Source: Gemmatimonadota bacterium
Lineage (GTDB): Bacteria > Gemmatimonadota > Gemmatimonadetes > Gemmatimonadales > GWC2-71-9
Assembly (NCBI GenBank): GCA_041499375.1
Contig: JBGQKD010000006.1
Coordinates: 43,582-107,581 of the forward strand
Reading direction: 5' to 3'
DNA length: 64,000 bases
The position numbers were made by a program, and so were the translations under genes. The notes under the pieces are model-generated. The model was not told where the DNA came from and ran no database searches. It saw only the letters and a list, made by a program, of their open reading frames with translations. This document shows positions 53,651-62,614 of the stretch, piece after piece. Each line of letters opens with the position of its first letter. Position 1 is the stretch's first letter.

Positions 53651-54322
53651 ATGTTTATTGGCCATTACGCGCTGGGTTTCGCGGCCAAGCGAATCGCTCC
53701 CCGAACGAGCCTCGGCACGTTGTTCGCCGCTCCGACGCTCGCCGACTTGCTGTGGCCGGTGTTCCTGCTGGTCGGGTGGGAGGAGGCGCGCGTCGTTCCG
53801 GGGCCCAATCCGTTTCTCAACCTGTGGCTCGATTCCATCCCCGTCTCGCACAGCCTGTTTGCGCTGATCGCGTGGGGATTGTTGTTCGCCTATCTGTACC
53901 GCGTGCGCACCGGCTACACGCGAGGGGCGCTCGTGGTGGGGCTGCTCGTCCTGAGTCACTGGGTGCTCGACGTCGTCACACACCGGCCCGACATGCCGTT
54001 CTACCCGGGCAGTGTCACGGTCGGGCTTGGCCTGTGGAACTCGGTGGCCGGAACCCTGATCGTGGAAGGTGCGATGTTCATCGCGGGGCTGGTGATCTAC
54101 GCTCGCGCTACCCGGGCGCGCGATGCGATCGGCCGCTACGGTTTCTGGGCGCTAGCGCTGGTCTTGTCCGGCTCGTACGTCGGCTCGCTGTTTTCGCCGC
54201 CACCGCAGGACATGACGGCGCTCGCGATCTTCGCGATCGTGTTTGGCTGGCTATTCGTGTTGTTCGGGTGGTGGGTGGACCGCCACCGCGATGCTACATC
54301 AAATCATCCAGCACCTCTATGA
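53651..54322 (+). CDS. polytopic membrane protein (possibly a YdjM-like metal-dependent hydrolase)
   Basis: ORF track 223 aa. MFIGHYALGF, SHSLFALI, VLSHWVLDVVTHRPD, several TM helices. Confidence 0.68.
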   Translation: MFIGHYALGFAAKRIAPRTSLGTLFAAPTLADLLWPVFLLVGWEEARVVPGPNPFLNLWLDSIPVSHSLFALIAWGLLFAYLYRVRTGYTRGALVVGLLVLSHWVLDVVTHRPDMPFYPGSVTVGLGLWNSVAGTLIVEGAMFIAGLVIYARATRARDAIGRYGFWALALVLSGSYVGSLFSPPPQDMTALAIFAIVFGWLFVLFGWWVDRHRDATSNHPAPL

Positions 54323-55481
54323 CCTTCTCCATCTCCTCGACCGTGTTGTAGCAGTGGGGCGATAACCGAATCGAGCCTTCGCGCAGGCTGCACACCACGC
54401 GCGCCCGCTTCATCCCGTGATACGCCTCGGCCGGCTTCGCCGGCGCGATACAGAGAATCGCGGAGCGGTGCCCGTTCTCGGTCGGCGAAGTAATCCGTAC
54501 GCCGTTCTCCTGCGCCCATTTCACAATCGGCGCGTGCGTCGCCCGAGTCACCTCGGCGATGTCCCGCACGCCGACTTCCAGCAACAAGCCGAGCGACGCC
54601 GTCATTCCGACAAAATCCTGATATGGCAGCGTGATCATTTCGAAGCGGCGGGCGTCGGCGCGGAACGTTGGGTTGTACTCCGTGAGCCGCGAGAAGTCGT
54701 CCGTCCCTTCGAACGCCATCCAGCTCGTGACGGCCGGCTCGAGCGTGGGCACCAGCTCCTTGCGCACGTACACGAATCCTGAGCCCCACGGCGACAGCAG
54801 CCACTTCTGACCGCCGCAGGCGAGGATGTCGACCGGCGTCTCGGTCACGTCGAAGACTGAATTGCCGATACCCTGAATGCCGTCGACGACGAGATAGGTG
54901 CCGTTGGCACGGCAGGCGGCGCCGAGCTTCTGCAGATCGGCGCGGTAACCGTTCGAGAACTGGACAAAGGAGACCGCGAGCACCCGCACCCTGGGGTCGC
55001 GCAGCCGCTGCAGTAGATAGTCTTCGTCGGGCCACCCCTCGGGACGGCAGCGCGCCATCTCGACCGTGATCCCCTGATCGCGCAGCATCAGCCACGGATA
55101 GACGTTCGCCGGGAATTCCTTGTCGGAGAGCAGCACCACGTCGCCGCGCTTGAGGGGGAGTGCCCGCGCGGCGAGGTTCAAGCCGAAACCGGTATTGGTG
55201 GCGAGCGCGATCTCCGACGGGTCCGCGTTGATCAGGTGCGCGATCCCGAGCCGTGCCGCGGCGAGACCGGCGAACAGCTCCCGATCGGGCAAGAGGTGCG
55301 GCGCGGTGCGTTTGGCGGTGAATTCGTCGAGCGCTCGACGGGTTCGTTCAGGGATCGGTCCGGTAGAGGCGTTGTTCAGATAGATCGTGTCGGCGGTCCA
55401 CGGGAATTCCGACGTGCGGAGCGCCTTGAACGTCTCGCGTAGCGCGCGCACGTGCGTGGGGTGATAGGCGATTTCGGTCAT
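54294..55481 (-). CDS. class V aminotransferase (cysteine-desulfurase/epimerase-like)
   Basis: Tracked ORF 54294..55640 trimmed to ATG 55481 (ATGA overlap with the permease stop). IYLNNASTGP, YLVVDGIQGIG, ACGGQKWLLSP (putative PLP lysine), RLSPHCYN. Confidence 0.86.
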   Translation of the reverse strand: MTEIAYHPTHVRALRETFKALRTSEFPWTADTIYLNNASTGPIPERTRRALDEFTAKRTAPHLLPDRELFAGLAAARLGIAHLINADPSEIALATNTGFGLNLAARALPLKRGDVVLLSDKEFPANVYPWLMLRDQGITVEMARCRPEGWPDEDYLLQRLRDPRVRVLAVSFVQFSNGYRADLQKLGAACRANGTYLVVDGIQGIGNSVFDVTETPVDILACGGQKWLLSPWGSGFVYVRKELVPTLEPAVTSWMAFEGTDDFSRLTEYNPTFRADARRFEMITLPYQDFVGMTASLGLLLEVGVRDIAEVTRATHAPIVKWAQENGVRITSPTENGHRSAILCIAPAKPAEAYHGMKRARVVCSLREGSIRLSPHCYNTVEEMEKVIEVLDDLM

Positions 55482-56323
55482 GCCATTCGTCCCAAGCCGC
55501 GCACATCCAGCGCGTCGCGCAGCCCGTCCCCCAGCAGGTTGAGGCCGAGCACGGCGAGGCCGATGGCGACGCCGGGCGCGATCGACACCCACGGCGCGAC
55601 GCGCAGGAGGTCGCGCCCCTCGGCGACCATCGCGCCCCACGAGGGCGTCGGCGGCTGCGCGCCGAGTCCGATGAACGAGAGTGCGGCTTCTGCCATGATC
55701 GCGCCGCCGATGCCGAGCGTCGCCGCAACAATCACGGGGGCGATCACGTTGGGCAGGAGATGACGCGCGAGGATGCGCGCATCCGACGCGCCGAGCGCAC
55801 GTGCCGCCTGCACGTACTCGAGCCCGCGGGCGAGCAGGACCTGGCCCCGGACGATGCGGGCCATCCCCGCCCAGCCGACGATGCCGATGACGACAAACAC
55901 GACCGGGAGCGATGGCTTCACCGCGGCGGCAATGGCGATGAGCAGCAGCAGCGACGGGAAGGCGAGCGTCACGTCGGCAACGCGCATGATCACGCCGTCC
56001 ATCCAGCGGCCGTAGTAACCCGACACGAGTCCTAACGTCACGCCGAGCGCCAGCGCCACGCTCTGGCTGATCAGGCCGACGGCGAGCGAGAGGCGGGCGC
56101 CGTACAGCACCCGCGAGAGGACGTCACGGCCCTGGGCGTCGCTGCCGAGCAGAAACGCACCGGAGGGTGGATGCAAACTTGCGGAGAGATCACCGCGGTA
56201 CGGATCACCGGGGGCGAGCCATGGGGCGAGCAACGCCAGGAGGGCTAGAATTGCGACTAATCCCAGGCCGAAGCGCGCCCAGGGATCACGCGCGAGTCGA
56301 GTCCAAAAGAGTGGCGCCGCCAT
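55478..56323 (-). CDS. ABC transporter permease, DppC/OppC type
   Basis: ORF track 281 aa. LGSDAQGRDVLSRVLYGARLSL, EAA loop YVQAARALGASDARILARHLLPN, AEAALSFIGLG. Confidence 0.86.
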   Translation of the reverse strand: MAAPLFWTRLARDPWARFGLGLVAILALLALLAPWLAPGDPYRGDLSASLHPPSGAFLLGSDAQGRDVLSRVLYGARLSLAVGLISQSVALALGVTLGLVSGYYGRWMDGVIMRVADVTLAFPSLLLLIAIAAAVKPSLPVVFVVIGIVGWAGMARIVRGQVLLARGLEYVQAARALGASDARILARHLLPNVIAPVIVAATLGIGGAIMAEAALSFIGLGAQPPTPSWGAMVAEGRDLLRVAPWVSIAPGVAIGLAVLGLNLLGDGLRDALDVRGLGRMA

Positions 56324-56378
56324 GGGGTTGTCGACTACGTTACTCGGGACTCAACCCCCCGGGCAAGCGGATAGGGCC

Positions 56379-57461
56379 GTGAAACGCGATACACCGTTCA
56401 CCCTCGTGCTGGGCGGCGGCGGGATGAAGGGGCTTGCCCATGTGGGCGTGCTCCAGGCGCTGCTCGAGCGCGGCCATCGGCCGACCCGTATCATCGGGTC
56501 GAGCGTCGGCGCGCTCGTCGGCGCGGCGTGGGCCGGCGGGATGGGGATCGCCAAGCTGCGCGAGATCGCGCTCGGCCTGAGGCGCAAGGACGTCTTCGCG
56601 GTCGCGCACGCCGACATGGCGTTCAAGCGCCTGCGCTCGCCTGCCTTGTTCCGGCGCGAGCCCCTCGAACAGCTCATCGCGCGGACGGTCGGGGACCTCA
56701 CGTTCCAGCAGCTCGACCCCCCTGTCGTCGTGAATACCGTAGACCTGAACTCGGGGATGCAGGTGTTCTGGGGTCTCCCGGGACTGGACGACATCCGCGT
56801 CGCCGACGCCGTGTTCGCCTCGTGCGCGTTGCCGGGCTTTTTCCCGCCACACGAAATCGGCGGCCGCTTCTTCGTCGACGGCGCCGTCGTCGCCAACGTG
56901 CCGTTCGAGGCGGCGCGCGCGCTCGGCCCCGAGCTCATCGTCGCCGTCGACGTGTCAGCATCCAGCGTGCTGACGGCCGACGCGCAGGATGAAGGGTTCG
57001 CGGGAGTGTTCGCCCGCGCCAGCGAGATCCTGATGCAGGCCCTGCTCGAGCAGCGTGTGCACACGTGGACAACTCCGCCGGCCTATTACATCCAGCCGCG
57101 GGTCGAGCACGTCTCGCTCTTTTCTTTCAACCACCTCCGCGAAGAAGTCGAAGAGGGCTATCGCGCGACGAGCGCGGCGCTCGATCGCGCCGACGAATGG
57201 CCCGAGCCGGGCGACGTCGGGTTCTTCCCGAAGCGTCCCGTGACTGTGCGCGTGGAGCGCGAGCGGTGTATCGGCTGCGGCGCGTGCCTAGTGCATGGTC
57301 CGCAGGGATTGTTCGTGCTCGACTCGGATCGGAAGGCCATCGTCACCCAGCCCGATCAGGAATGGTCGCCGATGGATGGCGGCTACATCCGGCACTGCCC
57401 GACCTACGCGATCATCGCGCGGCCGGCCGATCAGGCGAAAGAGATGCGCCGTTCAGGGTAG
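56379..57461 (+). CDS. patatin-like phospholipase fused to a C-terminal single-cluster ferredoxin-like domain
   Basis: The tracked ORF starts at ATG 56322, which overlaps the divergent permease ATG (CATG). In-frame GTG 56379 is more plausible. LVLGGGGMKG oxyanion loop, GSSVGA nucleophile, FVDGAVVAN catalytic Asp. C-terminal CIGCGACLVHGP...HCPTYAI. Confidence 0.82.
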   Translation: MKRDTPFTLVLGGGGMKGLAHVGVLQALLERGHRPTRIIGSSVGALVGAAWAGGMGIAKLREIALGLRRKDVFAVAHADMAFKRLRSPALFRREPLEQLIARTVGDLTFQQLDPPVVVNTVDLNSGMQVFWGLPGLDDIRVADAVFASCALPGFFPPHEIGGRFFVDGAVVANVPFEAARALGPELIVAVDVSASSVLTADAQDEGFAGVFARASEILMQALLEQRVHTWTTPPAYYIQPRVEHVSLFSFNHLREEVEEGYRATSAALDRADEWPEPGDVGFFPKRPVTVRVERERCIGCGACLVHGPQGLFVLDSDRKAIVTQPDQEWSPMDGGYIRHCPTYAIIARPADQAKEMRRSG

Positions 57462-58559
57462 CCTATACTTCTTGTCGATCGCCATCAGATCTCTCGCCAC
57501 GCGATCCCAGTTGTAATAGCTCTCCACCGCTTTGCGGCCCGCCGCGCCGAGTTGTTTCCGCCGCTCCGGATTCCCCAGCAGTTCAGTGATCCCCGCGGCC
57601 ACGGCGGCGGCATTGTCAGGATCCACGAGGATCCCCGTCTCCCCATCACGCACGGCGTCCGGTACGCCGCCGGAGCGGCCGCCGACGACCGCGAGCCCGG
57701 ACGCCGATGCCTCGACGAGCGAGATGCCGAATCCTTCCGCGAGGCCGTCGATGCGCCGCGACGCGCCCACGTACAGATCGGCGGCATTGTAGAGCGCGGG
57801 AAGATCATCCTCCGAGACAGCCCCCAGAAAACGGACGGCATCGCCGAGCCCGAGCTCCTGCCGGAGATGCTCCAGCTGTGGCAACCGCTCGCCGACCCCG
57901 GCGATGGCATAGCGCGTACCGGGATGCGCGGCGCGCACGGCGGCGAGCGCTTTCATCGTCGTGTCGATGCCCTTGTGCCACTCCAGGCGCGCCACGGTCA
58001 GGAGCCACGGCCCTCCGCTCAGTCGATACTTCGCGCGCACGGCGCGCGGATCGACGCCGGGATGGAACTGCGCCGGCGTCGTGCCGAGCGGCACGGTTTC
58101 GACGGGCACCTGGAGATCGAGCAGGCCCAATACCTCTCGCGCCAAATCCGCCGTCCAGCGGCTGATGGCGACCAACACCCGCGCGTTCCCGAGGATGCTC
58201 CCCGCCGTGCCGCGTTTGAAACGGCTGCGGCGGATTTTCTCCTGGATCAAAAGCAGCTCGGTGCCGTACACCGGCACGCCGTACGGTACGCCATGGCGCG
58301 CAGCCAGCCAACGTGCCGGGTAACCGGCCGGCTTCAGCTCACCACACCAGGTGAATCCTGGTCGCCATTTTTTCGCGAGCGCGCCCGCGCGCCACGTCCA
58401 CAGCGCGAGCCCCTGCACCGTGCGCAGGCGCGTCGCGCGAATGCCGATCCGATCGATCGGTTGGGGGAAGCGCGCATCGCTCGCGGCGCTGTCGTCGTAG
58501 GCGCCGGTCGAAACGACGAGGGTGTTGCGCGGATATCGGAGCGTCAGCTCGCCCATCAT
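57453..58559 (-). CDS. GT4-family glycosyltransferase (downstream tandem paralog; true start unclear)
   Basis: ORF track 368 aa from ATG 58559. EGFGISLVEASASGLAVVG, GETGILVDP. Paralog-conserved N-terminal residues lie upstream of the first start codon (see finding). Confidence 0.82.
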   Translation of the reverse strand: MMGELTLRYPRNTLVVSTGAYDDSAASDARFPQPIDRIGIRATRLRTVQGLALWTWRAGALAKKWRPGFTWCGELKPAGYPARWLAARHGVPYGVPVYGTELLLIQEKIRRSRFKRGTAGSILGNARVLVAISRWTADLAREVLGLLDLQVPVETVPLGTTPAQFHPGVDPRAVRAKYRLSGGPWLLTVARLEWHKGIDTTMKALAAVRAAHPGTRYAIAGVGERLPQLEHLRQELGLGDAVRFLGAVSEDDLPALYNAADLYVGASRRIDGLAEGFGISLVEASASGLAVVGGRSGGVPDAVRDGETGILVDPDNAAAVAAGITELLGNPERRKQLGAAGRKAVESYYNWDRVARDLMAIDKKYRLP

Positions 58560-58597
58560 GCGGGCGATGCCGCCGCCGTGCGGCGGAAAGTTGAACG

Positions 58598-59836
58598 CTA
58601 GGAGGAGACTTGTGATTCGATGTCCCGCAGGTCGCGGATGACACGGTCCCAGTTGTAGTAGGTCTCGATCGCCTTGCGGCCCGCCTGGCCGAGGCGACGG
58701 GCGAGCAGCTGATCGCCGAGCAGGCGCTTGAGCGCCGTGGCAACCGCGTCGGGATCGTCCGGATTCACGACGAGCCCCGTCTCGCCGTCATGCACCGCCT
58801 CGGCCAGCCCGCCCGACTGACCGGCGATCACTGGCAGGCCGCAGGCGCTCGCTTCCGCCAGCGCGACACCGAACCCTTCGACGCGCGAGCCGTCGTCGCG
58901 GCGCGAGACGCCCACGTACGCGTTCGCGATATTGAAGACCGCGGGGAGCTCCGCTTCCGGCACGTTGCCGACAAAACGCACGTGATCGGCGATCCTCAGC
59001 TCCTCGGCGAGGCGCTGATAGTTTTTGCGCTTCTTCCCACTGCCCACGACGAGATAGTTCACATCGACGCCATCCTGCCGGCACTGCGCCACCGCCCGCA
59101 GCGTCATGTCCACGCCCTTGTACGCCTCGAGCCGCGCGACGGTGAGCACCCACGGCGCCTGCCCATTGATGTGGTAGCGCGAGCGGACGGCGTTCGTGTC
59201 GATCCCCGGTCGGAACTGTTCGGGGTCGGTGCCGAGCGGCACGAGCCGCACCGTCTCCGCGAGCGGATCGAGTCCGAGCTCGCGCAGCACCTTCTGCGCC
59301 TGCTCGCGCGTCCACTGGCTGTTGGCGACGACTGCGACCGCAGAGCCTAACAGCGCCTTGGCCGTCTTGCGCGCGAAGCGCGAGTGATGGATAGCGTGCA
59401 GCTCTTTCAAGAGGTCGCCGCCGTGGACGAACACGCCGTACTTGGTCCCGACGCGCTCGTGCATCCATTTCGCCGGATAGGTGCAGGGCCGGATCGAGTC
59501 GCACCACGCGAAGCGCGGCTTGTGGTGGCGAGCGAGGCTGGCAACCCGGCGCGACCAGAACAGCAGGCCGGCCAGATTGCGCAGCGCCTTGCTCGGCACC
59601 GGCAACCGGTCCACGATGGCGCCGCTGAAGTTTACGTCGGAATCCTGGGAATCGCGGTGCTGGCCGGTCGAGACAAGCAGCTCGCCACGGGGATAACGGC
59701 GCGTGACCTCGCCCATCATCCGGGCGATGCCGGTCTGCATCGGCGGAAACTCGCCCGTTAGGAGAAAAGTCTTAGCTACGGCGCCCCCCTTGTCGTTCCC
59801 ATAAGAAAGCATACTTAAAGAACACCGACGCCGCAC
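58598..59836 (-). CDS. GT4-family glycosyltransferase (upstream tandem paralog)
   Basis: ORF track 412 aa (ATG 59836; ATG 59812 alternative). FLLTGEFPPMQTGIARMM, EGFGVALAEASACGLPVIAG, GETGLVVNP. Confidence 0.85.
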   Translation of the reverse strand: MRRRCSLSMLSYGNDKGGAVAKTFLLTGEFPPMQTGIARMMGEVTRRYPRGELLVSTGQHRDSQDSDVNFSGAIVDRLPVPSKALRNLAGLLFWSRRVASLARHHKPRFAWCDSIRPCTYPAKWMHERVGTKYGVFVHGGDLLKELHAIHHSRFARKTAKALLGSAVAVVANSQWTREQAQKVLRELGLDPLAETVRLVPLGTDPEQFRPGIDTNAVRSRYHINGQAPWVLTVARLEAYKGVDMTLRAVAQCRQDGVDVNYLVVGSGKKRKNYQRLAEELRIADHVRFVGNVPEAELPAVFNIANAYVGVSRRDDGSRVEGFGVALAEASACGLPVIAGQSGGLAEAVHDGETGLVVNPDDPDAVATALKRLLGDQLLARRLGQAGRKAIETYYNWDRVIRDLRDIESQVSS

Positions 59837-60533
59837 TCATCCCGGCGTGAATGACACCGAGCCGGCCGTCGAAGATGCTGCCGTGGAGCACATAATCGCG
59901 CCAAAACCGGAAGGCGGGCCGCAAGGCCACGTCGCTGAAAGACGCGCGCCGGCCCCCGGCGGCGAGATCGGCCGCGCTCATGCGGCTGTAGGCGATGAGC
60001 TTGTCCAGGTGATGCCCCAGGTCCCTGTAGGGCGTATGGTCCAGCTCATGGGTCAGCTCGCCCTGTTCGTTTTCGGGAATCGCGAGGCCGGGATGCGCCG
60101 TCTTGCCGCCGAATCGCCGGCCGCGGCGAAACAGCCGCACGACCCAGTCCCGACCCCAGTGCCCACGCCGGAGCAGATGGCCGTGAAAAAAGTTGCGCCG
60201 CTTCACGCGATACGCCTCGTGCCGCGGCGCGAGCACCACCTGCGCCAGCTCTGCCGCGAGCTCCGGTCCTATCCGCTCGTCGGCGTCGAGCGCAAAAACC
60301 CATTCATTCTGCGCCGCTGCGATGCCCGCGTTGCGCTGCGCGGCGATGCCCGGCGCGATGCCATCGAGGACGCGCGCCCCGGCCGCCGCCGCGGCGGCAG
60401 CCGTGCCGTCCTTCGAGCCCGCATCGACGACGATCACTTCACCGGCCCACGCCAATCCGCGGACGCATTCGCCAATCTGACTCGCCTCGTTCAGCGTGGG
60501 GATGACCACCGTGAGCGGTGCTCGTGCCGGCAT
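59772..60533 (-). CDS. GT2-family glycosyltransferase
   Basis: Tracked ORF 59772..60614 trimmed to ATG 60533. LTVVIPTLNE, VVDAGSKDGT, FALDADE. Confidence 0.85.
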   Translation of the reverse strand: MPARAPLTVVIPTLNEASQIGECVRGLAWAGEVIVVDAGSKDGTAAAAAAAGARVLDGIAPGIAAQRNAGIAAAQNEWVFALDADERIGPELAAELAQVVLAPRHEAYRVKRRNFFHGHLLRRGHWGRDWVVRLFRRGRRFGGKTAHPGLAIPENEQGELTHELDHTPYRDLGHHLDKLIAYSRMSAADLAAGGRRASFSDVALRPAFRFWRDYVLHGSIFDGRLGVIHAGMSAASVFFKYAFLWERQGGRRS

Positions 60534-60543
60534 GTGCCGAATG

Positions 60544-61638
60544 TTAACGAGAGGCGATAGCTTCGCGGTAGACGACCTCGGTCCGGTCGGCGGTGCGCGA
60601 CATGGTGAACTCACTACGCGCCAGCGTCTGTCCCGCGCGCGCGACGCGCGCCCGAAACGCGTCGTCGCCGAGCATCCGGTCGAGGGCTCGGGTCCAGGCG
60701 GCGGGATCGAGCGGCGGGACGAGCAGTCCCGTCTCGCCCGGATTCACGAGCTCCGCATTGCCGCCCGCCGCCGACGCGATGACCGGGACGCCGAGCGACA
60801 TCGCCTCGAGCAGCGCCTGCGACAAGCCCTCGATTCGTGACGGCAGCGCGGCGATCGTCGCAAAGCGATAGAACGCCAGCGGCCGTTCGGTGAACGGCAC
60901 GAATACAACGCGGTGCCGCTCGGGCACCGCCGCCTGCGCTCGCAAGAGCTCGTCATCGGGCCGAATTCCCACGAAGGCCACGGTCACGGGCCGCTCGAGC
61001 GCCGGCAGCGCGCGGAGCAGGATCTGTTGGTCCTTGCGCCGCGCAACGACGGCGACGACCGGCCGTCCGGAATCGCCCAACGTCGCGCGCACCGCCGCTA
61101 GCTCGTCTTGCGAGGGCTCCGCCTAGATGCGCGTCAGGTCGATGCCGTTCGGAACGACGCGCAGCCGGCCACGGGGATGCAGCCGCCGGCGCAGCGCGCG
61201 GGCGACCGCCGCGCTGACGGCGATCGTGCGGTCGGCCGTGAGCCCGACGGCGATCAGCTCCGGCGGCAGCGTCAGCGGCATCGTCCGCCGCGTGACGACG
61301 AACGGCTGTGGCAAGCGGCGACGCCAGCGCAGCCATGTGAGCGCGCGGCGGTCGCCCGTGGCGTGGCTGTTCACGACGTCCACATGATTGTCGGCAATCA
61401 CGCGGGTGATGCTGTCCGCAACGGGACGGAAGTGCGAGAAATCGAGCGGGACGTGTTCGAGTGATGGAGTCGTGGCGACGCTGCGGGCGAGCAAGGTTCC
61501 CGCAGGGCAACCGACCAGGATCCGGTGGCCGCGCCGTCCCAGCTCGCGACTCAGACTAAAGATGGATTGCGTGGAGCCTGCGCCCTCGCCCTGATGCGTG
61601 AGTTGCAGAATCGTGAGACGCGCAGGGCTCTCCGGCAT
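60544..61638 (-). pseudogene. GT4-family glycosyltransferase interrupted by one in-frame TAG (61125-61123)
   Basis: Tracked ORFs 61123..61638 (N-terminal half, ...VVPNGIDLTRI*) and 60544..61092 (C-terminal half) are in the same frame. Hand translation across the junction: DLTRI-TAG-AEPSQDELAAVRATLGDSGRPVVAVV. C-terminal half has EGLSQALLEAMSLGVPVIAS, GETGLLVPP. Confidence 0.7.
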
Positions 61639-61667
61639 GTGCCGAAGCTAGTTATACTGGGACCTCG

Positions 61668-62597
61668 ATGCACGTCGTGGTGGCTTCCCATCACCGGCTC
61701 CCGGTCGAGGGCTACGGCGGACCGCAGCGCGTCGTCGTCGCGCTGATACGCGGGCTCGCGGCACTCGGCCATCGCGTGACGCTGCTCGCGCAACCAGGAA
61801 CCAAAGTCCCCGAAGCCGCGAAAACCGTCGAGGTCGCCCCCCGCGTCTGGAAGGATGCCGGCGTCGATCTCAACAAGTTCATCCCCGAAGGCGCCGACAT
61901 CTTGCACGCGCACTTTCCCCTGAAGCAGGGACCCAAAGGCGTGCCGTTCGTGCAGACGCTGCACGGCAACTGGAAACCCGACACGCCGCTGCCGCCGAAC
62001 ACGATTTTTCTTTCACGCGATCACGCCAAACGCCACGGCAGCACGATCTTCGTCCACAACGGGCTCGACCCCGCCGAATACATCTTCCGGCGACGCAAAG
62101 AGCAGTGGGACTTGTTTCTCGGCAAGCTGCACAGCGACCGCGGCTACCACTGGGCCGTGGACGCCGCGAAGCGCACTGGTCGCCGGCTCATCATCGCGGG
62201 CGGCTGGCGACCGACCTTCACGGGCGGCATCAAGTACGTGGGCGAGGTGGACGGTAAGCGCAAGGCGGTGTTGCTCGCGCGCGCCCGCTGCCTGTGGATG
62301 CCGGCGCAGTGGGACGAGCCGTTCGGCCTGCCGACGATCGAAGCGCTGTTCTCCGGCACTCCCGTGATCGGTACGCGGCGCGGCGCGCTGCCGGAGATCG
62401 TCACGCCCGCCGTGGGCGTGCTGCGTGATACGCTCGACGAGCTGATCCTCGCGGCCGACAAAGTCAGCGAGCTCGACCCCCGAGCTTGCCGCGAGCGGGC
62501 CGAGCGACAGTTCAGTCACCTGGTGATGGCGGAGAATTACGTCCGCATGTACGAACACGTGCAGCAGACGGGCGATCTGCCCGCGAGCGTCAAGTAA
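61668..62597 (+). CDS. GT4-family glycosyltransferase
   Basis: ORF track 309 aa. YGGPQRVVVALIRGLAALGHRVTLL, EPFGLPTIEALFSGTPVIG. Confidence 0.85.
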   Translation: MHVVVASHHRLPVEGYGGPQRVVVALIRGLAALGHRVTLLAQPGTKVPEAAKTVEVAPRVWKDAGVDLNKFIPEGADILHAHFPLKQGPKGVPFVQTLHGNWKPDTPLPPNTIFLSRDHAKRHGSTIFVHNGLDPAEYIFRRRKEQWDLFLGKLHSDRGYHWAVDAAKRTGRRLIIAGGWRPTFTGGIKYVGEVDGKRKAVLLARARCLWMPAQWDEPFGLPTIEALFSGTPVIGTRRGALPEIVTPAVGVLRDTLDELILAADKVSELDPRACRERAERQFSHLVMAENYVRMYEHVQQTGDLPASVK

Positions 62598-62614
62598 ACA
62601 AGTCGCTGGTTCGG

